A DNA stretch of 64,000 nt from Dehalococcoidia bacterium (GCA_963663235.2 CAXXNO010000001.1:32001-96000), one strand, 5' to 3'. Positions 54,073 through 64,000 are shown, numbered from the stretch's first letter. Numbers and translations are program-made. The notes: generated by a model not told the origin, from the sequence alone.

Positions 54073-56994
54073 ATGCCCAACAACGCCACCACTCCGACGC
54101 TGACCGCCGCCGAGTTCGCCGCCAAGTGGCTCGGCAGCAGCCTCAAAGAGAGCGCCGCCTCCCAGTCTCACTTCAACGACCTCTGCCGCGTGCTCGGCGG
54201 CCCCACTCCGACTGAAGCCGACCCCGCCGGCGATTGGTACACCTTCGAGAAGGGCGTCGAGAAGACCGGAGGCGGCAACGGCTTCGCCGACGTCTGGAAG
54301 CGGGGCCATTTCGCCTGGGAGTACAAGGGCAAGCACAAGGACCTGACCGCCGCCTACGACCAACTGCTCCAGTATCGCGAGGCGTTGGAAAATCCACCCC
54401 TCCTCGTCGTCTGCGACCTGGAGCGCTTTGAGGTCCACACCAACTTCACCGGCACCCCCAAGCAGGTCTACGCCTTCGACCTGCACCAACTCCGCGACGA
54501 CCCCGCGGAACCGCTCCGCATCCTGCGCTCAGTCATGCGCGAACCGGAGGCCCTGCGCCCCAAGCGGACGCGCGAGCAGGTTACCGAAGAGGCCGCGCGC
54601 CAGTTCGCCGAACTCGCCGGCCGCCTCCAGAATCGCGGGCATGAGCCGCACCAGGTCGCCCACTTCCTCAACAAGTTGCTCTTCTGCTTCTTCGCCGAGG
54701 ACACCCGCCTGCTCCCGCGCGACCTCCTCTCCAAACTCATCGCCGGCACCCGCAACAAGCCCGCCGATTTCACCGAACGCCTAGCGGAGCTCTTCCGCAC
54801 CATGTCCGACAAGGACGGCTGGTTCGGCGCCGAACGGATCCAGTGGTTCAACGGCGGTCTTTTCGACGGTTCGGCAGTCCTCCCGCTTGAGGCAGACGAC
54901 CTTGAGGTGATCGCGGCAGCCTCTCGCCTCGATTGGGCCGAGATCGAGCCCTCCATCCTGGGCACCCTGTTCGAGCGCGGTCTCGACCCCGACAAGCGCG
55001 GACAGCTCGGCGCTCACTACACCGACAAGGGCTCCATCATGCGCGTCGTCGAGCCCGTCGTCCTCGTTCCGCTTCGCCGCGAGTACGCCGCCATGCAGTC
55101 CGCCGTCGAGACGCGGCTCGCGGGCCGCACGCCATCTCCGCTTACGCGGGACGGCCTCCCCCGCAAGAAGCGGCCTCGGTGGGAGCGCGATGCCGAGGCG
55201 GAGTTCTTCCAGTTCCTCGATCGCCTTCGAGATCTACGCATCCTGGACCCCGCCTGCGGGTCCGGGAACTTCCTCTACGTCGCCCTCCAGTGCGTCAAGG
55301 ACCTAGAGAAAGAGACGACCCAGTGGGGCTGGGAGAACCTCCACCTGATGCGGCCCTTCCCAGCAGTTGACCCCTCCATCGTCCACGGCATCGAGATCAA
55401 CGACTACGCCGCCGAACTCGCCCGCGTCACCGTCTGGATCGGCGAGATCCAGTGGATGCTCAACAACGGCTTTCACTACCGCGACGACCCCATTCTCCGT
55501 CCTCTCGACAACATCGAGCGCCGCGACGCCATCATTGATCTTTCGGACCCCGAGCACCCTCGCCCAGCCGACTGGCCGGAGGCCGAGTTCATCATCGGCA
55601 ACCCGCCGTTCTTGGGCAGTCAGCTCGTCCTGACTCACCTGGACGACCAGTACGTCGAAGACCTGAGAGACGCATGGAGAGATCGGGTGCCCGCATCAGC
55701 GGATCTCGTCTGCTACTGGCACGAGAAGGCCCGCGAGGAGATCGAGCACGGGCGCGCGAAGCGGGCCGGCCTGCTGGCGACGAACAGCATTCGTGGCGGC
55801 GCGAATCGCCGGGTGCTGGAGCGCATCAAGCAGACCGGCGACATCTTCATGGCCTGGAGCGACGAAGAATGGGTCGTCGAGGACGCTGCCGTGCGCGTCT
55901 CGATCGTCGCGCAAGACGACGGCTCGGAGACAACGCGGACGCTCGACGGCGAGCCTGTTGGCGTCATCTATTCCGACCTGACGAGCGGGATCGACCTCAC
56001 GATCGCTCGCCGTCTGCGAGAGAACGTGAGCGTCGCATTTCAAGGACCCGTCAAGGTTGGTCCATTCGACATTCCGCGCGAGACGGCACGTCAACTGGTA
56101 CAGCAGCCGAACCCGAACGGGCGATCGTCCATTGAAGTGGTCCGTCCCCTGGTGAACGGGACGGACATCGTTCGTCGCTCACGGGACATGTGGATCATCG
56201 AGTTCCCGGACCATCTGTCGGAAGCGGAAGCAGCGCAGTTCGAGGCACCGTTCGAGTATGTCCGGGAGCACGTGCGGCCGATCCGCGCCAAGAACAAGGA
56301 CTCTCAGCGACGGACCTACTGGTGGCGTCTCGGGCGAAGTGGCGCGGATCTTCGCACCGCTGTGAACGGCCTGTTCCGTTTCCTCATGACGCCGCGCGTG
56401 TCCAAGCACCGCGTGTTCGTCTGGGTGCATCCTCGCACGCTCGCCGACTCAGCCACGATCGCCATCGCCCGCGACGTTGACTACACGTTCGGTGTCCTCC
56501 ACTCCCGCGCGCATGAACTCTGGGCGCTACGCACGGGTACCTGGCTCGGGAAAGGCAATGACCCGCGCTACACGCCCACCACCACCCTTGAGACCTTCCC
56601 CTTCCCTTGGCCTCTCGACACGCCGGACGACGCCCTCACCCCGGAGCAGCGCGCCCACCGTGACACCATCGCCGCCGCCGCTTACGACCTCAACGAGATC
56701 CGCGAACGGTGGCTCAACCCGCCGGACCTCGTCCGCGAGGAGCCGGACGTCGTTCCATCGCTGCCGCCCCGTCTGATCCCCGTGGATGAAGAGGCGGCCA
56801 ATATCCTCAAACAGCGCACGCTTACCAAGCTCTACAACGATCGTCCGCAGTGGCTTGACAACCTCCACCGGGACCTCGACGCCGCCGTCTTCGCTGCTTA
56901 CGGTTGGCCCGCGGACATCTCGGATGAAGACATCCTCCGCAACCTCCTCGACCTCAACCTCCAGCGCGCCGCCGTCCAGCAGCCCCGGAAGTAG
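54073..56994 (+). CDS. MmeI/YeeA-like type IIL restriction-modification enzyme (nuclease, N6-adenine MTase, TRD)
   Basis: FAD...WEYK nuclease motif, FNGGLF, GAHYT, LDPACGSGNFL, GNPPF, RYTPT..ETFPFP, H..LD.AV..AYGW. Confidence 0.92.
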   Translation: MPNNATTPTLTAAEFAAKWLGSSLKESAASQSHFNDLCRVLGGPTPTEADPAGDWYTFEKGVEKTGGGNGFADVWKRGHFAWEYKGKHKDLTAAYDQLLQYREALENPPLLVVCDLERFEVHTNFTGTPKQVYAFDLHQLRDDPAEPLRILRSVMREPEALRPKRTREQVTEEAARQFAELAGRLQNRGHEPHQVAHFLNKLLFCFFAEDTRLLPRDLLSKLIAGTRNKPADFTERLAELFRTMSDKDGWFGAERIQWFNGGLFDGSAVLPLEADDLEVIAAASRLDWAEIEPSILGTLFERGLDPDKRGQLGAHYTDKGSIMRVVEPVVLVPLRREYAAMQSAVETRLAGRTPSPLTRDGLPRKKRPRWERDAEAEFFQFLDRLRDLRILDPACGSGNFLYVALQCVKDLEKETTQWGWENLHLMRPFPAVDPSIVHGIEINDYAAELARVTVWIGEIQWMLNNGFHYRDDPILRPLDNIERRDAIIDLSDPEHPRPADWPEAEFIIGNPPFLGSQLVLTHLDDQYVEDLRDAWRDRVPASADLVCYWHEKAREEIEHGRAKRAGLLATNSIRGGANRRVLERIKQTGDIFMAWSDEEWVVEDAAVRVSIVAQDDGSETTRTLDGEPVGVIYSDLTSGIDLTIARRLRENVSVAFQGPVKVGPFDIPRETARQLVQQPNPNGRSSIEVVRPLVNGTDIVRRSRDMWIIEFPDHLSEAEAAQFEAPFEYVREHVRPIRAKNKDSQRRTYWWRLGRSGADLRTAVNGLFRFLMTPRVSKHRVFVWVHPRTLADSATIAIARDVDYTFGVLHSRAHELWALRTGTWLGKGNDPRYTPTTTLETFPFPWPLDTPDDALTPEQRAHRDTIAAAAYDLNEIRERWLNPPDLVREEPDVVPSLPPRLIPVDEEAANILKQRTLTKLYNDRPQWLDNLHRDLDAAVFAAYGWPADISDEDILRNLLDLNLQRAAVQQPRK

Positions 56995-57110
56995 GCTAAG
57001 GCTCCGCCAACGTCGTCAACCCCCGCGTCTCTCGCCCGCGCCCGTCCCGTCACCCGACGCGTACGATCCGCCCCCTACAATGAACGGCGTTCGAGCGCGG
57101 TTAACGAAAA

Positions 57111-57626
57111 ATGAAACGCCACTTCACCGTTACGGCCTTCATCTCCGCCGAGGGGCACACGCTCCTGCACTGGCACGCCAAGAACCGCATGTGGCTGCCC
57201 CCCGGCGGGCACATCGAGCCGGACGAAGACCCGCCGCAGGCCGTCCTGCGCGAGGCCCGCGAGGAGACGGGCATCGTGGTTGCCGTCCTCCCGGCCGCGA
57301 CGCCGTTCCCCTACGACGCCCCGCCGCAGCTCCCGCCGCCCGCCACCATCATGGTCGAGGAGATCCCCGCGACGGACGACGAGCCCGCCCACCAGCACCT
57401 GGACCTGATCTACTTCACGCGTCCCGTCGACCCCGGCCTCCCCACCGCTACGCACGACGGCTCGCACCCCGGCTGGCGCTGGGTCTCGGCGAAAACGTTG
57501 CAGGCCGCTGAGCGCATCGCCATCGGCGAAGGCGCGCCCGCCGTCGCTCCCCCGCAGGACGTGCGCGTGCTCGGCCTGGCCGCCATCGCCCGGGCCGACT
57601 CCGAACCTCCGCCCCAAGACGACTAG
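57111..57626 (+). CDS. NUDIX hydrolase
   Basis: PGGHIEPDE...AVLREAREETG Nudix box; HQHLDLIY. Confidence 0.93.
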   Translation: MKRHFTVTAFISAEGHTLLHWHAKNRMWLPPGGHIEPDEDPPQAVLREAREETGIVVAVLPAATPFPYDAPPQLPPPATIMVEEIPATDDEPAHQHLDLIYFTRPVDPGLPTATHDGSHPGWRWVSAKTLQAAERIAIGEGAPAVAPPQDVRVLGLAAIARADSEPPPQDD

Positions 57627-57726
57627 CGCTACTTCGACGTTGGACACCGAATCGAGCACCTCGGCAGTCCGGTGACTGTCAGGCCTTCAAAGGCTGAGTT
57701 GCACCACCCGCCTGTGCAAAATTGTT

Positions 57727-57766
57727 GACAAGGAGACTTGACATGACGACAAGTGTCCTTTACATT
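57727..57766 (+). promoter_or_regulatory. sigma70 promoter overlapped by tandem operators
   Basis: TTGACA (57738)-N17-TACATT (57761); two GACAAG-N4-CTT(G/T)ACA boxes 21 bp apart. Confidence 0.8.
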
Positions 57767-57811
57767 CCTCCCTGGAAGGGGTTGCGATAGCCCCAGAGGA
57801 AAGGAATCGCC

Positions 57812-58240
57812 ATGACGAAAGTAATTCACGCGTCGAGCAGCCTCTGGCGTCGCATCAGGCTCTATTCCGGGGATGGGCGGTATGGTCGCGAGTTGGTCGC
57901 CGCCCTTGTGGCGTACGCGGCCGTCTTGGTCCCGACGATCGTCGTCGTTAACGCAAATCAAGACGCGGCCTGGCGCTTCCCCGTTGCCGTGCTCCCCATG
58001 ATCCCGCTCGTCTTTGCACTGTTCGCTTGGGTCCGATTCTTCCGTCGCATGGACGAGCTGCAACAACGGATCGCCTTGGAGGCGCTCGCCTTCGCCTTTG
58101 GCGGCACCGCGTTGATCACCTTCAGTTATTGGTTCCTCCAGGATGCCGGCTTCCCGGACCTCAACTGGTTCTACGTCTGGCCGATCATGGCTGGGCTCTG
58201 GACCATCGGCGGCCAGCTGGCGAAGCGGCGCTGGCTGTGA
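57812..58240 (+). CDS. 4-TM membrane protein (DUF2178-like)
   Basis: MDELQQRI.LEA motif; translationally coupled to an HTH gene. Confidence 0.8.
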   Translation: MTKVIHASSSLWRRIRLYSGDGRYGRELVAALVAYAAVLVPTIVVVNANQDAAWRFPVAVLPMIPLVFALFAWVRFFRRMDELQQRIALEALAFAFGGTALITFSYWFLQDAGFPDLNWFYVWPIMAGLWTIGGQLAKRRWL

Positions 58241-58437
58241 GGAATTCACTGCGCGTCCTGCGCGCGGAGCGCGATTGGTCCCAGAAGACGCTCGCCGAGA
58301 GCCTCGCGGTCTCCCGCCAGACCATCAACGCCATCGAGACCAGCAAGTACGACCCCAGCCTACCGCTGGCGTTCAAGATCGCCGAACTGTTCGATCGCCC
58401 GATCGAGGAGATCTTCCGGCCGGACGGGACCGGGTAG
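58237..58437 (+). CDS. XRE-family HTH transcriptional regulator
   Basis: GTGA overlap; WSQ..LA..VSRQTINAIE..KYDPSLPLAFKIA. Confidence 0.95.
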   Translation: MRNSLRVLRAERDWSQKTLAESLAVSRQTINAIETSKYDPSLPLAFKIAELFDRPIEEIFRPDGTG

Positions 58438-58520
58438 CCTGCCACGTCGCCGCCATCGACCGGGCGGCGGAGCACGAGTAAAAGCGCCCGCCCTACCTCT
58501 CGCCGATCCTGCACGCAATA

Positions 58521-59798
58521 ATGGCGGCGATGCTCTCCATCCAGCTCATCCGCGAGCACCCCGACGAGGTCCGGCGCGCCCTCGCGCTCCGGCGAGCCGA
58601 CGCTCCGCTGGACCAAACGCTCGCGCTGGACGAGCAGCGCCGCAAGATCCTCGTCGAAGTCGAGCAGTTGAAGGCGGAGCGCAACCGCGCTGGCAAGGCC
58701 ATCGGCAAGGCCAAGGACAAGGCCGAGCGCGACACGCTCATCGGCGCCCAGCGCGCCGTGGCCGATCGCATCGACGCCCTCGACGCCCAGCTCCGCGACG
58801 TCGACGCCCGCCTCCACGACGCGCTCTCGGAGTTCCCCAACCTCGTCGACCCGTCGGTGCCGGAAGGCAGCGACCCCTCGGCCAACGTCGTGCTGCGGCA
58901 GGTCGGCGAGCCACCCCGCTTCGACTTCGAGCCGCTGCCGCACTGGGACCTGGGCGAGCGCTTGGGCATCATCGACGTCGAGCGCGCCGCCGCCATGGCC
59001 GGGACCCGCATGGCCCTGCTCAAGGGCGAGGGCGCCCGTCTTCAGCGCGCCCTCATCGACTACTTCCTGCTGACGCACTCGGAGAACGGCTACACGGAGA
59101 TCTACCTTCCCGCCATGGTCCGCGAGGAAACGATGTGGGCATCGGGGCAGCTGCCCAAGTTTCGCGACAACCTCTACCACGACGCCGACGAGGACTACTG
59201 GTTCATCCCCACCGCCGAGGTGCCGCTGACCAGCCTCCACCGCGACGAGATCCTGGACGAGGCGGACCTGCCCCTGCGCTACGCCGCCCACACTCCCTGC
59301 TTCCGCCGCGAGAAGGTGAGCGCCGGCCGCGACGTCCGCGGCCTCAAGCGCGTCCACCAGTTCGAGAAGGTGGAAATGTACCAGCTCACCACGCCGGACA
59401 CCTCAGCCCAGGCGTTCGAGGAGATGATCGCGGCGGCGGAATCGCTGTTGCAGGGGCTGGAGCTGACCTATCGCGTCGTGCGGCTCTGCGCCGGCGACCT
59501 CGGATTCAGCGCCACCGTCACCTACGACCTGGAGGTCTGGTCCCCCGGCGTCGATGAGTGGGTGGAGGTCAGCAGCATCTCCAACTGCGCCGACTTCCAG
59601 GCCCGCCGCGCCAACATCCGCTACCGCCCCGTCGAGGGCAAAGCGCAACTCGTCCACACCCTCAACGGCAGCGGCCTCCCCACCGGCCGCGTCCTCGCCG
59701 CCATCCTGGAGACCTACCAGCAGCCCAACGGCGACGTCATCGTCCCGGACGTCCTCCAGCACTGGATGGGGCACCTGGGGCGGATCAAGTCGCCCTAG
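58521..59798 (+). CDS. serS: serine--tRNA ligase
   Basis: PTAEVP, CFRRE, RVHQFEKVE, FQARR, HTLNGSG. Confidence 0.98.
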   Translation: MAAMLSIQLIREHPDEVRRALALRRADAPLDQTLALDEQRRKILVEVEQLKAERNRAGKAIGKAKDKAERDTLIGAQRAVADRIDALDAQLRDVDARLHDALSEFPNLVDPSVPEGSDPSANVVLRQVGEPPRFDFEPLPHWDLGERLGIIDVERAAAMAGTRMALLKGEGARLQRALIDYFLLTHSENGYTEIYLPAMVREETMWASGQLPKFRDNLYHDADEDYWFIPTAEVPLTSLHRDEILDEADLPLRYAAHTPCFRREKVSAGRDVRGLKRVHQFEKVEMYQLTTPDTSAQAFEEMIAAAESLLQGLELTYRVVRLCAGDLGFSATVTYDLEVWSPGVDEWVEVSSISNCADFQARRANIRYRPVEGKAQLVHTLNGSGLPTGRVLAAILETYQQPNGDVIVPDVLQHWMGHLGRIKSP

Positions 59799-59899
59799 CC
59801 GACGCGCCACGCAACCACGACGCCAGACCGAAAGACCGGGTGCACTAGACCGTCGAATCGCGCAGACACCCTCGCCGCGTTGTGACCACGTGCACTCCC

Positions 59900-60070
59900 T
59901 TACTGGATCTTCCCCAACGACCCCGACCAGACGCCGCCCAAGCCGTCGCGCACCTCGAAGAACGCCGACGTGTCCGTGCGCCCCATAAGTACCACGCTCC
60001 ACTGCGGCTCCTTTTTCTTAGCGCCCTCGCCCGAGTCCGGGGCCTCGCCCTGATCGCGCTCTGCGTTCAT
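59900..60070 (-). CDS. small hypothetical protein, 56 aa (not in ORF track)
   Basis: RBS GGAGG, ATG...TAA; MNAERDQGEAPDSGEGAKKKEPQWSVVLMGRTDTSAFFEVRDGLGGVWSGSLGKIQ; high GC3. Confidence 0.55.
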   Translation of the reverse strand: MNAERDQGEAPDSGEGAKKKEPQWSVVLMGRTDTSAFFEVRDGLGGVWSGSLGKIQ

Positions 60071-60286
60071 TCCGCCCTCCCAAACGCGTCGCTTACCGCC
60101 ACACCTCCACCGCCACTCGATACCGGTGCGCCGCGCTCTCCTGCGTCCGTTCCGGCAAGTCCGCGTCGATGGTCACGCCGCGATGCTAGCAGCCGCCCGA
60201 TCCACGGGTGCTACGCTTTCGCCGTCGTGCGTAGTGTGGCCACCCCGCCTCTGCCCTCGCTGCCCCGGACCTCCGAAGGCTAGCGC

Positions 60287-60925
60287 GTGCTGTTTCGACG
60301 CCTGTTCCGGCGCGGACCGTCCGGGCCCCACCGCGTCACCACCCAACTGGTCGAGGCGCTCACCGCCGCCGGCCTGCGCGCCGAGCCCGCCGACGCCGAC
60401 GCGCCCGAGCACGCGGCCGGCCGCCCGCCCGGCGCCCGCTCCCGCGGCCTCATCCGCATCGCCAACGGTCCGCCCGACTTCCTCAACGTCACCGGCGTCG
60501 ACGCCGGACCGGGCGATCTGCCCACCGGCGGCGCGACCGGCTTCCACTGCCTCATGCGCAACGATCGTCTGAGCGGTCCCTGGCGGGCGGCCCGCCTGGA
60601 AGCGAAGCGGGAGTTCGCCGCCAGCGACGTCGGCGCCGCCCGGCGTTTCCGCTGGACCCCCAGCGATGACGCTCCCCCCTCCCGGGCCGCCGCCGAGGCG
60701 CTCCACGGCACGGGCACGATAAATGATCGTGTCATGCGTCTGCTGCGGGAGCCCGGCACGCTTGCGCTGGAGATCGCGCCGGAGGAGGAGGTGGGCGCGC
60801 TGCGCCTCTCCCTCTTCCTCGGCAGTGAGCAGTCGCTGGAGCCGGACGAGATCGCGCTCCTCCGCGACCTCTGCCGGTCGATCGTCGGGCAGGGCGCGGC
60901 CTCGACGCCCGAGCAAGAGACGTAG
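60287..60925 (+). CDS. hypothetical protein
   Basis: 212-aa ORF with genome-typical codon usage. Confidence 0.55.
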   Translation: MLFRRLFRRGPSGPHRVTTQLVEALTAAGLRAEPADADAPEHAAGRPPGARSRGLIRIANGPPDFLNVTGVDAGPGDLPTGGATGFHCLMRNDRLSGPWRAARLEAKREFAASDVGAARRFRWTPSDDAPPSRAAAEALHGTGTINDRVMRLLREPGTLALEIAPEEEVGALRLSLFLGSEQSLEPDEIALLRDLCRSIVGQGAASTPEQET

Positions 60926-61039
60926 CCGAGTCGACGGCGGCGAGTCATCGGGAGCGGGACGCATACGGGCTATGAACAAGGTGAAAACCAGATCCCGTGG
61001 CTGTCACCGTGGCTGTCATTTGGCCCGATCGCGCGGCCC

Positions 61040-61119
61040 GACGTCACCCGGACTGCTGAAATCCCGGTACGTTCGCCCGAGGAGGGGTGGCAGAGTGGAT
61101 GAATGCGGCAGTCTTGAAA
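61040..61119 (+). repeat. att-like duplicate of tRNA-Ser promoter and 5' half (tRNA fragment 61081-61119)
   Basis: 76/80 identical to 62158-62237; ends at the anticodon loop. Confidence 0.9.
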
Positions 61120-61633
61120 TCTAAACCGCGGCGTTCAGGCAAGTCTGCCAAGGTCCGCCGCCAGTTAGAGTCGGCGTTCGTCAGTCCGACTTCGTCTGCC
61201 GTCGTCGCTGTCCGTTCATCGGCGTTGCTGTCAAAACCGCTGTCAGCCATCGGACACGAAGGGTGATGCGTTCACTCCTTCTAGTTGTTCGTTGAGCCCG
61301 TCACCCACTAGAGGTCGCGCGGGCCTGCCGGTGGCGTTAGCGCGCACGTGGGACGGCATCCTTCGCACGTCGCGCTTGACGATGACAACCGTCGCCGCAA
61401 AGGGAAATACGTTGTGGCCGCCCAAGGGTGAAGCGCCGCACGGTCTTGGTAGCCCGACCTGGTGATTCTGTTCTCTGACCGCTCGTCGCTGAGCGGCGCG
61501 ATTACAACCTGGTCCTCAAAGGGGGCTAGCGACCGCGGCCCCGGCCGGCCCGCCTTTCCCGCGGGGATGGCGAGTGTTAGCTTTCCCTCTCCCATGAGTT
61601 CCGACGATCTAGGGTGCAGAGGAAGGATAAACA

Positions 61634-62101
61634 ATGGCTACGGTCGAGCAGCGGCTTCAACGGTTGGAGGACATCGAGGAGATCCGCACGCTCAAGCAGA
61701 AGTACGCGAAGCTGTGTGACCAGAGCTACGAACCGGTCGGTATCTCCAACCTGTTTACCGAGAACGCGCACTTCGACTCCGACGTGCAGGACGTCCACCT
61801 CAAAGGGAAGAAGGAGATCCACGACTTCTTCAAAGATGTCTCCTCAAGCTTCACGTTCGCGTTGCACTACACGCTGGGGCACATCGTCGACGTGAACGAC
61901 AACGGCGTCGACGCGAAGGCCACCTGGTACATCTGGATGCCGGCGACGGTGAACAGCTCCGCCACCCTCTTCGCGGCCACCTACGAGGACACCTACAAGA
62001 AGGTCAGCGGCACGTGGCTGTGCGACACCGTGCGCATCCACCTGGGCTTCTTCACCCGCTACGAGAACGGCTGGGTCAAGGAGCGCGTGGCGGAGCTCTA
62101 G
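61634..62101 (+). CDS. SnoaL-like/BaiE-type NTF2 family protein
   Basis: RBS AAGGA; LEDIEEIRTLKQKYAKLCD, LFTENA, H, YEDTYKKVSGTW. Confidence 0.9.
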   Translation: MATVEQRLQRLEDIEEIRTLKQKYAKLCDQSYEPVGISNLFTENAHFDSDVQDVHLKGKKEIHDFFKDVSSSFTFALHYTLGHIVDVNDNGVDAKATWYIWMPATVNSSATLFAATYEDTYKKVSGTWLCDTVRIHLGFFTRYENGWVKERVAEL

Positions 62102-62198
62102 TCACCCGCTTCTGGGGACGCGCGGCCTCCGAGGCAGTGCTGTGGCTCGTGCGGGACGACGTCACCTGGGCTGCTGAAATCCCGGTACATTCGCCCGA

Positions 62199-62288
62199 GG
62201 AGGGGTGGCAGAGTGGATGAATGCGGCGGTCTTGAAAACCGCTAGGTCCGCAAGGGCCTCGTGGGTTCGAATCCCACCCCCTCCGCCA
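62199..62288 (+). tRNA. tRNA-Ser(TGA)
   Basis: GGAGGGG/CCCCTCC acceptor, GCGGT-CTTGAAA-ACCGC anticodon arm, long variable arm, GGTTCGAATCC, GCCA end. Confidence 0.97.
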
Positions 62289-62491
62289 GATCGCCCTGGC
62301 TCTGTCAGATCTCAGACCACGAAAGGAATCTCGCGCGAGGCTGTGAGGCACGAATCATCCATCGGTTCCGTTTTTCGGCGTGATCGACTGGCGGAGTGCG
62401 CCTCATCAGCACCCGAAACTAGAATAGCTGTAGTTTTGGCGCCCCACAGGCTCAAATCCAGCGTTGATTGCGCAACGAAGGAAGCGGAGCG

Positions 62492-63916
62492 ATGACGACC
62501 AACAGGGAGACCCGCACCGTAGCGGCGATCGCGGCCGGGCTGGCGTCCGGCGAATATTCAAGCCGGGAGATCACGCAGGTCTTGTTGGATCACATTGAGC
62601 GGACGGACGGCACGATCAGGGCCTTCAATCGGCTCACGCCGGAACGCGCACTGCGCGCGGCCGACAGCGCGGATGAGCGCCGGCGCGCCGGCCGTCCGCT
62701 TGGCCCACTGGATGGGGTGCCGTATGTAGCCAAGGACCTGGTCGAGACCGCCGGGATCGAGACGACCTCGTCGTCGAGGGTACTCCAGGGGCACATCCCC
62801 GACCGAAGCGCCTCGACGGTGGAGCGGCTCGACGCCGCGGGCGCGGTCCTCATCGGGAAGACGAACACACACGAGTTCGCGTACGGGGTGCAGACGCCGC
62901 CCACGCGCAATCCCTGGGACAGGGAGACGGCGCGGGTGCCTGGGGGGTCAAGCGGCGGGACCGCTGCGGCCGTGGCCGCAGGCCAGGTGCCGGTGGGCCT
63001 GGGCACGGACACCGGCGGGTCGATCCGCATCCCGGCCTGTTTGAATGGGATCACGGGACTGAAGGCGACCTTCGGCCGCATCCCCAAAGATGGCGTGCAC
63101 GTCGCGTCGTATTCAATGGACCACATCGGGCCGTTGTGTTGGACGGCAGAGGACGCCGCCCTCGCGCTGAACGTGCTCGCTGGGTACGACCGGCGCGATC
63201 CGAACTCGTCCAGGCGGCCCACAGAGGACTACGCCGCGGCTCTCGATGGGGGCGCCAAGGGACTGCGCGTCGCTGTGCCGCGCAACTACTTCGTCAGCCA
63301 CTTCCCGGGCGTGGCCACCGTCTTCCAGACCGCCGTCGCGCAGCTGAAGGCGCTGGGCGCCGACGTGTTCCCGGTGACCGTGCCCGAGCGCATCGAGGCG
63401 ATTGGGCCCGCAGGCTTCGCCCTCTCGCTGTCGGAGTCCGCAGCGTGGCACGCTGGGCGGTTGCGTCGTCAGGGGCCGGATTACCAAGCCGACGTGCTGG
63501 GCTTCCTGAAGATGGGCGAGGGCATCCTGGCGACGGACTATATCAACGCGCGGCGCTTCCGGTCGCGCTTTAACGCGGAGATGCGCCAATTTTGGCAGGA
63601 GGAGCGGATCGACGTCATGGTCACGCTGACCCTGCCGGTCACGGCGGCCCGCCACGGCCAGATGGAGTACGAGGCGCCCGACGGCTTCGAGGAGAGCCTG
63701 ATGTCGGCCTCCATCCGCTGCACGTTCCCCTTCAACCTCACGGGACAGCCGGCCCTCACCGTGCCTTGTGGTTTTGACGAGCAGGGACTCCCAGTGGGGC
63801 TGCAGATCATTGCGCGGCCGTGGGCCGACGCCCTTACGCTGCGGGTGGGGCACGCCTACCAGCAGGCGACCGACTGGCACACAAGGCGTCCGGCGCTTGC
63901 AGCGACCGGCGCCTGA
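62492..63916 (+). CDS. amidase signature family protein (GatA-like)
   Basis: [42 protein letters not shown]. Confidence 0.93.
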   Translation: MTTNRETRTVAAIAAGLASGEYSSREITQVLLDHIERTDGTIRAFNRLTPERALRAADSADERRRAGRPLGPLDGVPYVAKDLVETAGIETTSSSRVLQGHIPDRSASTVERLDAAGAVLIGKTNTHEFAYGVQTPPTRNPWDRETARVPGGSSGGTAAAVAAGQVPVGLGTDTGGSIRIPACLNGITGLKATFGRIPKDGVHVASYSMDHIGPLCWTAEDAALALNVLAGYDRRDPNSSRRPTEDYAAALDGGAKGLRVAVPRNYFVSHFPGVATVFQTAVAQLKALGADVFPVTVPERIEAIGPAGFALSLSESAAWHAGRLRRQGPDYQADVLGFLKMGEGILATDYINARRFRSRFNAEMRQFWQEERIDVMVTLTLPVTAARHGQMEYEAPDGFEESLMSASIRCTFPFNLTGQPALTVPCGFDEQGLPVGLQIIARPWADALTLRVGHAYQQATDWHTRRPALAATGA

Positions 63917-64000
63917 AGGGCTACCCCGCGTGGCCAGCGCCTGTTGTTGCTGTAGTTGGCGTCTCACATCGCAAGTGCACACGATCCGTCGGCCGTATGC

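Larger units (their letters stand above)
61040..62237. mobile_element. degenerate integrative islet at tRNA-Ser
   Basis: Bounded by 80-bp repeats; GCTGTCA arm-like tandem sites; no integrase gene. Confidence 0.6.

Noticed and set aside
61081-61122. Second tRNA-Ser gene
   Set aside because: Similarity stops at the anticodon loop, with no T arm or acceptor 3' strand; treated as an att fragment
61250-61630. Possible structured RNA or ORF inside the tRNA islet
   Set aside because: No convincing RBS, codon bias or recognisable RNA motif; likely decayed sequence
62492-63916. gatA assignment
   Set aside because: No gatC or gatB adjacent and GatA-specific motifs (RYDG, RRI..G) are absent; called a generic amidase

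Overview
High-GC bacterial chromosomal segment, most consistent with Chloroflexota/Dehalococcoidia. This placement is inferred from the gene repertoire (GreA with an N-terminal extension, tandem CaiB CoA-transferases, several SnoaL, MaoC and DinB proteins) and was not verified. Core genes are nadE, an A2-type caa3 cytochrome c oxidase cluster, citrate synthase, two greA paralogs, rsmG, leuS, coaD, rsmD, htrA, lysS, serS, tldD/tldE, tRNA-Ala(GGC) and tRNA-Ser(TGA). Accessory content is an ECF sigma/anti-sigma pair with two Tat lipoproteins, LysM/M23 proteins, surface proteins, a vapBC module flanked by a 63-bp duplication, an MmeI-like restriction-modification gene and a decayed tRNA-Ser island. 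The most unusual signals are: (1) a duplicated promoter/RBS/MLTY micro-peptide cassette divergent from tldDE and ahead of three SnoaL proteins; (2) a GreA fused to an integrase-like core-binding domain, while the canonical greA has a degenerate catalytic tip; (3) an oxidase operon headed by a nuclease-like domain fused to a doubled subunit III/IV-like membrane module, plus a ~110-aa insertion in subunit II; (4) an unnamed ~70-aa domain shared by two secreted proteins; (5) probable ATC and CTG start codons around coaD. At least four single-base homopolymer frameshifts look like long-read assembly errors. All calls are motif-based by eye; no database searches were run.
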